From the NCBI GenBank assembly GCA_000404785.1, contig ASNI01000007.1:181-64180 (forward strand): DNA of 64,000 bases, written 5' to 3'. The position numbers and the translations under genes are program-made. The stretch comes from Cloacimonetes bacterium SCGC AAA252-N17. GTDB lineage: Bacteria > Cloacimonadota > Cloacimonadia > JGIOTU-2. Under the pieces are notes generated by a model. That model was not told the origin of the DNA and did no database searches. It saw nothing but the letters and a program-made list of their open reading frames with translations. Below, in pieces: positions 44,820-53,524 of this stretch. Position 1 is the stretch's first letter, and every line of letters begins with the position of its first letter.

Positions 44820-47720
44820 ATGTCATATGATAATTATCTCAGAGGCTTAGTATGGCGAAAATGGGATTTGCATGTACATACTCCTGCTTCTTTTCACTGG
44901 AATGGAGGTAAGAAGTTTTCTTCAATGTCTAAAGTTGAAAAGGATGATTCATTAAAAGTAATGTATGATACAATAGAACAAAGTGATATAGCTGTTTTTT
45001 GTATTATGGATTATTGGACTTTTGATGGGTATTTTGAATTGATGAAATATGTTCATAGTAATTCTCTAAAACTTTCAAAGACTGTTTTACCTGGCATGGA
45101 ATTAATAATTGAAGCTCCTGTGGACTATCGCTTAAATATACATGTGATTCTATCAAACGAATTATCGAATCAACAATTAGTCGATTTTAAATCAAAAATA
45201 ACTATAAGGAGCATTGAACGACAAATTTCAGATGAAGCTTTAATGGATTTTGCAAAAAGTTTGGATGATAGTAAATCTAAAATCCATGGTTTTAATAAAA
45301 TTAAAGATTTAACCAATGATCAACTATTAGAACTGGGTTCTTGTACTGCAGAAATAACAAAATCGTCTTTGCACGATGCAATTAATTCTGTACCAAAAGG
45401 ATCTTGTTATATAATTATGCCTTACGATACTTCAGATGGTTTAAAAAAACTAGATTGGGAAACTCAACCTCATGCTGACAATTATTTCATGCAAAGTTCA
45501 CATATTTTTGAATCACGTGATGAAGAAACTATAGATTTGTTCCTAGGTAAAACAACAGATAAAAATAGAAATTTTATTCAAAATTTTTTGAAGACAATAG
45601 GATCTACAAAAAAACCAGTAATTTGTGGCAGTGATACACATAAATTTTCTGATTATGGTAATTTCCCGAGCAATAAAATTACATGGATTAAAGCAAATCC
45701 AACATTTGAAGGATTAAAACAAATTATATATGAACCAGAAGAAAGAGTCCAAATTCAAAGTCATTCACCTAAAAATATAACACATTATCTTATAATTGAT
45801 AAAGTTAGATTTCTAGATAAAACTTCAAAAAATCTTTTCCCAAATTTTTGGATTCATTTAAATCCTAATTTAAATGTTATCATTGGTGGTAAATCATCGG
45901 GTAAATCAATTTTACTTCGTCATATAGCCAAAGCAATTGCCCCAGAATCAGTAGAAGGTCGCTTAAAGGAGATTGAGCTTGATGACTATGATTTTGGAGA
46001 ACCAGATATATTTGATTTTGAAGTATGTTGGCATGATGGTTTTTCAAATAAAATTTCTGAAAATATAGATAGAAAAACAAGAGAAATCACATACCTACCA
46101 CAAATGTATATAAATTTCCTAGCCGAAAGAAAAGGTGAAAAAAATCTAAAAAACCTTATCAATTCTATTCTAAAACAAAATGATAATTTTAAATCATTTA
46201 TTGATGTTGTTGATGAAGAAATAAATGAGCTTGAAGAACAAATAAATATTTCTATTACTGAGCTACTTTCTTTACGCCAAAGAGTATCCGATTTATACCA
46301 ATCCAGAAAAGAAATTGGTGACGAACGAGCTATTAAAATAGAACTAAAACGATTGGAAGAGCATATTGATAAACTTAGAAAAGAATCTGGATTCAGTGAA
46401 AAAGAAAATATTGAATATGAAAAACTAATATTTCAATTCAACTATCACGAAAAGAAAAAAACAGATTATTCTCATTTATATCAAACATTTGATGATTTTA
46501 AACAAGAATTAGATGTAACCAATTCTTCATGTATTCAACAAATTGATTCAAAATTAGATGGATTTTCATACAACAATTTAGCACATAGACATCTTAGCTA
46601 TATAATTAGTTTTTTACATGAAGAAATAAGTCGTGTTTTTGATAATGCAAATCAAAAATGGCAAGAAAAAAGGAATAAAATTGAAGACAAAATTAAAAGA
46701 CATCAAGAAACAATATCTTCGCTCGACAAAGAACTTGAACCGTTTAAACAAAAAATAAAAAATAGAGGACTACTAAAACGACTAGATGAACAACTCATAT
46801 TGCAAAAAAGCAAGCTCCATAAAATTAAATTGTTAAATGAAGACATTAAAAATGTTACATCTAAAGGGAAGAAAACACGAGATAATTTATTTGATAGTTA
46901 TACAAAATTATTGAATTGTTATAAAAGAATAGATTCTGAACTTAAAAAAACTGAATATAGTAAGATCGACGATGAAATATTGTTAAAATCTCAAGTGTCT
47001 TTTAATATATCTCAATTTTCAAATTCATTTAGTAATCTTTTTGATCGACGAGGTAATTTTTCAACTATCTTTGGTGACTTTTTTGATTCAAAGAACGATT
47101 ATATTTTCGATTCCCAAAATCATATTCAAAATATACTAACAATTTTTGATAAATTATCCAACTTAGAAAAATCGGGATTGAAGTTTAAAACAAATGTAAC
47201 GCCAAATGAAGCTTTCTTGAAATTATTTGACAATTGTTTTGACTTGAAATATACAATTGAGTTCAAAGGTGATGATATATTGAAAATGTCTCCTGGTAAA
47301 AAGGGTTTAGTATTGTTACAATTGATTTTACATATTAGTAATGCAAGTCATCCAATCCTTATTGATCAGCCTGAAGATAACTTAGATAATCGGACAATAT
47401 TTAACGAGTTAAAAAGATTTATTAAAAAAAGAAAAACACTGCGACAAGTAATATTAGTAACCCATAATGCAAACTTAGTTGTTGCAACAGACACTGAAAA
47501 TGTTATTGTATGTAATCAATCAGGTGAGCAAATCGGTAATGATAATAAGCAATTTAAATTTGAATATGTTAATGGGGCATTAGAATATACTTTTACTGAC
47601 GATTCACAAGAAGGAATATTATATAAATTTGGAATTCGAGAACATGTTTGTGAGATATTAGAAGGTGGAAAAGAGGCATTTCTCCAAAGAGAACTTAAAT
47701 ATGGATTTACTAATAGATGA
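44820..47720 (+). CDS. PHP-domain phosphoesterase fused to a coiled-coil-interrupted ABC/SMC-type ATPase (Ppl-like candidate defence protein)
   Basis: An AAGGAG SD precedes the ATG. The PHP motifs are DLHVH, GMELIIEA, LNIHVI and ICGSDTH. Walker A is GGKSSGKS. A long K/E/L-rich middle region follows, then MSPGKKG, Walker B PILIDQPEDNLD and VTHNANL. Confidence 0.85.
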   Translation: MSYDNYLRGLVWRKWDLHVHTPASFHWNGGKKFSSMSKVEKDDSLKVMYDTIEQSDIAVFCIMDYWTFDGYFELMKYVHSNSLKLSKTVLPGMELIIEAPVDYRLNIHVILSNELSNQQLVDFKSKITIRSIERQISDEALMDFAKSLDDSKSKIHGFNKIKDLTNDQLLELGSCTAEITKSSLHDAINSVPKGSCYIIMPYDTSDGLKKLDWETQPHADNYFMQSSHIFESRDEETIDLFLGKTTDKNRNFIQNFLKTIGSTKKPVICGSDTHKFSDYGNFPSNKITWIKANPTFEGLKQIIYEPEERVQIQSHSPKNITHYLIIDKVRFLDKTSKNLFPNFWIHLNPNLNVIIGGKSSGKSILLRHIAKAIAPESVEGRLKEIELDDYDFGEPDIFDFEVCWHDGFSNKISENIDRKTREITYLPQMYINFLAERKGEKNLKNLINSILKQNDNFKSFIDVVDEEINELEEQINISITELLSLRQRVSDLYQSRKEIGDERAIKIELKRLEEHIDKLRKESGFSEKENIEYEKLIFQFNYHEKKKTDYSHLYQTFDDFKQELDVTNSSCIQQIDSKLDGFSYNNLAHRHLSYIISFLHEEISRVFDNANQKWQEKRNKIEDKIKRHQETISSLDKELEPFKQKIKNRGLLKRLDEQLILQKSKLHKIKLLNEDIKNVTSKGKKTRDNLFDSYTKLLNCYKRIDSELKKTEYSKIDDEILLKSQVSFNISQFSNSFSNLFDRRGNFSTIFGDFFDSKNDYIFDSQNHIQNILTIFDKLSNLEKSGLKFKTNVTPNEAFLKLFDNCFDLKYTIEFKGDDILKMSPGKKGLVLLQLILHISNASHPILIDQPEDNLDNRTIFNELKRFIKKRKTLRQVILVTHNANLVVATDTENVIVCNQSGEQIGNDNKQFKFEYVNGALEYTFTDDSQEGILYKFGIREHVCEILEGGKEAFLQRELKYGFTNR

Positions 47721-47897
47721 ACGTCGCCTAACAAAGCATGAATCCGACGATAGATAATTCGTGCATGAAGGCAAAAGAACAAATTAAAGCAACGTCCATA
47801 ATGGCGCGGGTTATGCAATTCCGTTATACATCCTATGACACACAATTATCTGTAAACTCATTTATATATAACTTCCATTTCAAATCTTCTCATATTT

Positions 47898-47925
47898 CTC
47901 TGTGTTCTCTGTGCTCTCTGTGGTG
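47898..47925. repeat. 9-bp-period CTCTGTG array (3 units)
   Basis: The sequence CTCTGTGTT CTCTGTGCT CTCTGTGGTG is inverted relative to the array at 43264-43290. Confidence 0.85.
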
Positions 47926-47971
47926 ATATTTTTTCTGAATTCACTGTTTTCATATCCTTGTAATATAGAAG

Positions 47972-49306
47972 TTAGTTCATCGCGCGCACATACAGATTGG
48001 GCATGATCCTGCACCCGGTAACACTGGCGATCACATTTGACGTACCTGCGCGAGTATAAAGCCCGTGAAAATGCCCGTTATAGACGAACAGTCCAGTAAT
48101 ATATTTATAATCTTTCAGGACTGGTTTTTCATTTTTGAAAGTAATACAGGGAAGTGTCGGAGGTTCGATAAACTGCTGAACGAGATAGGAATCCTTTTCT
48201 TGTATCGAGTCGATCGTCCGTTCCCATTCTTCCTGATTATGATCCACACCGACAAATACACCTTTTGCCGCATACCTGTCCATGGGTTTGAGAATATATT
48301 CTTCCTTTGAAGTACGTGCTCTATTCTCGGCATCGGGATCGGATAACTCTTTTGTGAAAGGAATATGCCTTTCGACGAACTTCTGCTCTTCAGAATTGAG
48401 AAAAGTTGTCTTCGTTGTATCACGCAGAATTGAAAAAATCCTTTTATTATGGATTATATGAGACCGGAATGGACCAACCATGCAGACATTTCCATCTTTA
48501 TATGCTGCAAGTAAATCTTTCACTTCATCAGCACGCTCGCAAATCTCAAAAGTCAGTGAGCGCCGATAAATGAGATCGATAGGAATATCTATGTAATACA
48601 ACTTATTCTGCTTATACTTCAGGTCACGGGGATCGCAAATAACAGTTCTATACCCTCTTTGCATAAGCATCTGCTGGAAAACCTTGAACTCCTCGATCGT
48701 TGCGACACCATCCCAATCCATGATCGCAATGTTCGGGTTTGTATGGGGAGTGTTTTTAAATTCGGCATAACAGGAGAGCAGTTCTTCGATCCATGGGAGG
48801 AAAAGCTCAAAATAGCTGATACGGTATTTTTTCTGGAGCACTTTCAGTATCTGTGAGGACAACACTGCTTTCTCAACAGGATTGGATTCGTTCATACCGG
48901 AGGTGCCGTCTGTGTTCAGCTCACAAAATTTAAAATCGTCATCATAGGAATAGAAAATATCAAAACGTGCCATGGGAAAGGGCATTGCGTAGCCGGGATC
49001 AATAAGAATAAGCTCCTCTATTAAAGAGGGAAAATCAAAGTACGAACGGAATACTGGATTTCTTACATATTCATCTATCACTTTTTTGAGAATGTAGGAA
49101 AAGGTTGTGACGAGATGCTCGAACCTGTTTATATCAGCCTGATCAAAAAACATCGGCTGGTAATGAAAATCAATCGGCTTGCCTTTATACAGCGCGGTGG
49201 AATTGGCAACTGCATTCTCCACAAGCGTGAAATCCTCATAATATTTTTTTGGATGTTCTAAAATTTCTTTGGAACATTCTTTGTAAATCGGTAAGATTGA
49301 ATTCAT
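47972..49306 (-). CDS. ATP-grasp ligase of the glutathionylspermidine-synthase-like / GshB-like type
   Basis: The 444-aa product contains strings I associate with the pre-ATP-grasp GSP-synthetase family (FCELNTDGTSGMNE, LKPMDRYAAKGV). It lies directly downstream of gshA. Confidence 0.65.
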   Translation of the reverse strand: MNSILPIYKECSKEILEHPKKYYEDFTLVENAVANSTALYKGKPIDFHYQPMFFDQADINRFEHLVTTFSYILKKVIDEYVRNPVFRSYFDFPSLIEELILIDPGYAMPFPMARFDIFYSYDDDFKFCELNTDGTSGMNESNPVEKAVLSSQILKVLQKKYRISYFELFLPWIEELLSCYAEFKNTPHTNPNIAIMDWDGVATIEEFKVFQQMLMQRGYRTVICDPRDLKYKQNKLYYIDIPIDLIYRRSLTFEICERADEVKDLLAAYKDGNVCMVGPFRSHIIHNKRIFSILRDTTKTTFLNSEEQKFVERHIPFTKELSDPDAENRARTSKEEYILKPMDRYAAKGVFVGVDHNQEEWERTIDSIQEKDSYLVQQFIEPPTLPCITFKNEKPVLKDYKYITGLFVYNGHFHGLYTRAGTSNVIASVTGCRIMPNLYVRAMN

Positions 49307-49333
49307 TGTTATACTACATTATTCTTAAATTTT

Positions 49334-49360
49334 CTCAGTGCTCTCTGTGTTCTCTGTGGT
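49334..49360. repeat. 9-bp-period CTCTGTG array
   Basis: CTCAGTGCT CTCTGTGTT CTCTGTGGT lies between gshA and the ATP-grasp gene. Confidence 0.85.
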
Positions 49361-49381
49361 ATATGATTTTTATTGTAGTGA

Positions 49382-50692
49382 TCATAAAAATTGATTATTA
49401 ATGATACAATCTCTCAGCGCTTCTTTGAGCGGTATGTCTGCTTTTAGTTTTTCATCTATCAGAGTCACGGGATTTTTCCTGATCTCAACCAATTTATATA
49501 GAGGTTCAAGATATTTTTGCTCTTCTTTTACCAATCCTTCTTTTGCAAGATTCACAAATTTCAGAATTACCTGCATGATGTGTTTATCACACGCTTTTGC
49601 TTTCAATCCTTTTTTTATAATGTCTTGTTGCAGTGCAAGTATTTTTTTAAATTCAAAACATCCGGTGACTGTTTCGTGGATCGTTTTGATATTTTTACAA
49701 TCATACAGCAAACCTTTGAGTAATGCAAGGTAGGCAAAGTTGAGCGGATATGGTATCGAGTCGGCAGTACGGATCTCTATAAATTGTTTTGTGCGCACAT
49801 CCGGAAAAAACATCGTCAGCACCTGTTCCAGTTCTTTATCCGTGCACTCTTCAGGATCAAAGATCGCTTTGAACGGCTGGTCTTCGGTAGAGCATAACTG
49901 CCCCTCCCGCGTAATTATGATCGGCGGTCTATCAAGAATATACCTGGCATATGTCGCATAACAGAAATCATCATCAAATGCATGGGGAATTATTCCGCAC
50001 CTGTCATCATCACAGTGCAGCCAGATATTTGTACGCAGTGCATACTTTTTATACCGTTCCCCCTCAAAGATCGGGCTATTGTCCGTCAGGATTGCCAGTA
50101 ATGGCGAGAGGTAGCATGCAACCTGGAATTTTTTTGCATAATCTTCTTCGTTCAGATAATCCAGTGCAAGCTGGGTTGATGCGGTACCCTTCATCATATT
50201 GAGCGCATACTTTCCCTTTTGGCTGAGATAATCCGACATAAATACATAACGCTGCTTGGGAATGAAAGGAATATCCTCTATCTTTGAATGAGGTTGATAA
50301 CCAAGCGCAATCAGAAGCTGCTGATTATCCTCAAGCCAGGGCATGAGGTCAAATACAAAATTTCTGTAAATTCTCTCAATTTCAGAAAGGTTGGATGTAT
50401 ACTGTGTGCTGAGTTCTATTTGCGCACCCGGTTCAAGGGTGACAGTCGAACCTTCTTTTTCTAACCCGATGAGATTATCGCCCTCAAAGTTACCACGCCA
50501 TCCTTTTTGGAGAAGATATTCGAGCAGGTCTTTGATGCCATCCTTGCTATTCTCATCATAACGAACTGCTGAAAGGTCGTTTTCTCGCACGACAAAATGT
50601 TCGAACTCACCCCCGATTTTCAGGTTATCATGCGTCTTTCCCTGCCTATGAAAATATTCAACTATCCGGTCGATTTGTTTATTATAATTCAT
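49382..50692 (-). CDS. gshA: Glutamate--cysteine ligase (COG3572-type)
   Basis: The N-terminal IGGEFEHFVV motif and overall length (436 aa) fit the clostridial/plant-like GCL family as I remember it. Confidence 0.7.
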   Translation of the reverse strand: MNYNKQIDRIVEYFHRQGKTHDNLKIGGEFEHFVVRENDLSAVRYDENSKDGIKDLLEYLLQKGWRGNFEGDNLIGLEKEGSTVTLEPGAQIELSTQYTSNLSEIERIYRNFVFDLMPWLEDNQQLLIALGYQPHSKIEDIPFIPKQRYVFMSDYLSQKGKYALNMMKGTASTQLALDYLNEEDYAKKFQVACYLSPLLAILTDNSPIFEGERYKKYALRTNIWLHCDDDRCGIIPHAFDDDFCYATYARYILDRPPIIITREGQLCSTEDQPFKAIFDPEECTDKELEQVLTMFFPDVRTKQFIEIRTADSIPYPLNFAYLALLKGLLYDCKNIKTIHETVTGCFEFKKILALQQDIIKKGLKAKACDKHIMQVILKFVNLAKEGLVKEEQKYLEPLYKLVEIRKNPVTLIDEKLKADIPLKEALRDCIINNQFL

Positions 50693-51354
50693 TCTATACC
50701 CAGCATACGAATAATAAAAGCATAACGCTCTGCGATGTCCTCATATTGTATGTATCTTCCGGAGCCACCATAATGTCCAGCCATATTCGTTTTTAGTATG
50801 AGCACATTATCATCTGTTTTCATATCACGCACTTATGCCATCCATCGAAGGGGTTGCCATTAGCGTACCCGGCTGTCATGATATCCTGCTGTGAGCATCA
50901 TATTGGGATATGCCTGCCCTCTGATGTTCCGATAGGTATCCCACGAAAGCAGGTAATTGAAGTATTCTCTTTTATAGGGTTTTCCCTGCTCTCTTCTGGA
51001 GTAGTAATAGTAATCTCCCCAGCGAGTCGGTGCATTGACATCCTCTTCTCCGATCCTGCTTATGATTTCATGAAAAATTGTATCTTTGAGCGTTGCCATT
51101 TCAGAAAATATCGCGTCTGCATAGGCGTTTTCTGCTTCGATATATTCTATTACAGTAGAATCGCTACGTGTGTCATCTATCATCCATGCATAATTATCTT
51201 TCAGTTCAATATTGTGTAGTGTTGCAGATGTTGGGATTTTTTTTGCAACTGGTGGTGCAATTTGGGAAGATACTGAATACTCATTCTGAATTTTTTGTGA
51301 CGCACAATACCCAAAAAGAAGAACTGCAAAAATAATAAAAATTACTCTTTTCAT
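50689..51354 (-). pseudogene. ptrB: Decayed tandem paralogue of oligopeptidase B (internal deletion plus two in-frame stops)
   Basis: The first ~128 aa align with the N-terminus of the intact upstream gene. The sequence then jumps to the extreme C-terminus (EYFNYLLSWDTYRNI vs DFDYMLSYCPYQNV). It reads on as VR*WQPLRWMA*VRDMK...GHYGGSGRY...YAFIIRMLGIE, against VNYWEPAKWIAKLRDKK...GHGGASGRF...YAFVFDILGIEF in the intact gene. Confidence 0.8.
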
Positions 51355-53484
51355 CTAAAATTCAATGCCAAGAATATCGAACACGAACGCATATTTCAAT
51401 GCTACTTCTCGATAATAACTGAATCTGCCGGAAGCACCACCATGTCCCGAAAGTTGTATTTTGAGAAGTGCAGGATTAGTATCCAATTTCTTATCACGAA
51501 GTTTTGCGATCCATTTTGCCGGCTCCCAGTAATTGACCCTGGGATCATAAAATCCACCTAACGCAAGGATATGGGGATAATGCTGTGCCTTCACATTTTG
51601 ATAGGGACAATATGATAACATATAATCAAAATCTCCCTTATCCAGCGGATTTCCAAATTCGTCATAATGCCATTCAACTGCGGACAAAGTCGTATCAAGC
51701 GAAGAGAAGATCAAGTCCACAAAAGGAACATCAGCAATAGCGATCTCGCATAGTTCAGGACGCATATTCAAAACCGCTCCTATAAGCAATCCACCGGCGC
51801 TTGCTCCTTCGATCACGAGTTTCTCAGCGCTTGTATAATGTTCTCGAATAAGATATTCCTCGCAGGCAATGAAATCGGTAAATGTATTCTTCTTATTGAG
51901 CAATTTCCCCAGTTCATACCACTGCTTTCCATTCTCACCTCCGCCACGGACATGAGCAATCGCATATACAAAACCTCTATTTAGTAGAGACAATCGAGTA
52001 GTAGAAAAATACGGATCCATGCAGTCTCCATAAGAACCATACGCATATAAAAGCAATGGATTTTCCCCATCTTTTGAGAATAATTCTTTTTTATACACTA
52101 ATGAGATCGGAACTGATGTTCCATCCGGAGCTTGTGCAAAGATCCTTTCATATTTATATTTGGATGCATCATATCCACCTGGAATTTCCTGATGTTTTTT
52201 CACTTCCCTTTCTCTGGTCTCCATATTATAGTCATAGACAGAATAAGGTGTAACCATAGACTCGTATGTAAATCTAAAAATCCGGGTATCAAAATTAGGA
52301 TTTCTCCTTGAATAGACTGAATAGATTGGTTCAGGGAAATCTATATAATGCTCCTCTTTTGTATTTAGATCCAATATTCTGATTTTTCGTAACGCATTCT
52401 CCTGCTCATACATAACCATATAATCTTTAAATATATCAATATCAATTGCAACAGAGTCCCTGTGAGAAATAAATTCCGTCCAATTTTCTTTCCCTGGGTT
52501 TTGTATTGGTGTTACCATGACCTTATAATTTTTTGCATCATCATTTGATACAATATAAAATTCATCCATGTGAGGACAGATATAATATCTATGACCTTGC
52601 TCACGTGGTTGAACGATCTTAAATTCTCCAAAGGGGTCATCAGCTTTTAAATATCGAATTTCATAAGTAGTTTCACTACCGGTTGTTAATATTAAATATT
52701 CTCTACTTCTAGATTTATATATCCACACATAAAAAGCTCCGTCATTTTCTTGATAGATCAACTTATCGTTTTTTTTATCAGTTCCCAGAACATGACGATA
52801 TAATTTATCACTTCTTCCAGAATCATTTTCTGTTATATAAAATAAAGTCTGATTGTCATTTGCCCATACAACATCATCGACTGGATAGGCAGTATCAGAC
52901 AAAAAAGTATTTTCTTGAATATTCTTCACTGCAAGTGTATAACGTTCTGCCCCTGTTGTATCAAAGGTAAAAGCAATGTACTGATGATCGGGACTTACTT
53001 GCAAATTCGACACATCGTAGAACTCATATCCAGAAGCAAGTTCATTGATATCCAGCACGATTTCCTCGTCTGAGTTCACACTGCATTTTTTTCTACAATA
53101 GAGCGAGTATTCTTCCCCTTCAATATCTTTCCAGTAATAGTAAAAGCTATCAATCCGAACCGGCACGGTCATATCGGTTTTCTGAATTCTGCCAACGATT
53201 TCCTGGAATAGCTGTTCCTGAAGTTCTGTGGTATGGAATAAAACACTATCTGTATAGGCATTTTCCTTTTCAATGTGTGCGATCACTTCAGGATCAGTGC
53301 GGGATTTGTCTTTCATCCAATGATAGTTATCGACCAAAATTGTATCATGGATCGAAGTTTTATAAGGTACTTTCTTAGCGTATGGTGGTTCCGGCTCTTT
53401 TATCTCTCCTCGTTTCTGAATACTCTGAGTGGAAACGCAAGCGATAATTGAGAGAGCTATCCCAGCAAGGAATAATTTTTTCAT
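51355..53484 (-). CDS. ptrB: Oligopeptidase B / prolyl oligopeptidase family S9A lipoprotein
   Basis: The lipobox is LSIIAC. A beta-propeller region is followed by the catalytic Ser motif GASAGGLL and the C-terminal GHGG. Confidence 0.9.
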   Translation of the reverse strand: MKKLFLAGIALSIIACVSTQSIQKRGEIKEPEPPYAKKVPYKTSIHDTILVDNYHWMKDKSRTDPEVIAHIEKENAYTDSVLFHTTELQEQLFQEIVGRIQKTDMTVPVRIDSFYYYWKDIEGEEYSLYCRKKCSVNSDEEIVLDINELASGYEFYDVSNLQVSPDHQYIAFTFDTTGAERYTLAVKNIQENTFLSDTAYPVDDVVWANDNQTLFYITENDSGRSDKLYRHVLGTDKKNDKLIYQENDGAFYVWIYKSRSREYLILTTGSETTYEIRYLKADDPFGEFKIVQPREQGHRYYICPHMDEFYIVSNDDAKNYKVMVTPIQNPGKENWTEFISHRDSVAIDIDIFKDYMVMYEQENALRKIRILDLNTKEEHYIDFPEPIYSVYSRRNPNFDTRIFRFTYESMVTPYSVYDYNMETREREVKKHQEIPGGYDASKYKYERIFAQAPDGTSVPISLVYKKELFSKDGENPLLLYAYGSYGDCMDPYFSTTRLSLLNRGFVYAIAHVRGGGENGKQWYELGKLLNKKNTFTDFIACEEYLIREHYTSAEKLVIEGASAGGLLIGAVLNMRPELCEIAIADVPFVDLIFSSLDTTLSAVEWHYDEFGNPLDKGDFDYMLSYCPYQNVKAQHYPHILALGGFYDPRVNYWEPAKWIAKLRDKKLDTNPALLKIQLSGHGGASGRFSYYREVALKYAFVFDILGIEF

Positions 53485-53524
53485 GTACGTAGTTCCAAGT
53501 ATTTTTTAACTAAAAGTAGTATAT

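Noticed and set aside
47738-47926. 62-aa ORF starting 18 nt after the PHP-ATPase stop, considered as a possible small partner gene
   Set aside because: It has no RBS, and its C-terminal third is the translated CTCTGTG array. An 18-codon micro-ORF at 44701-44757 upstream of the gene was likewise too weak to call.
50689-50880. Two in-frame TAA codons at Tyr/Lys positions in the ptrB remnant raised the idea of stop-codon recoding
   Set aside because: Stop codons terminate well-supported genes here (TAA for mtnA, TGA for pyrB, TAG for rpmE). The remnant also lacks ~480 internal codons including the catalytic serine, so it is a pseudogene.
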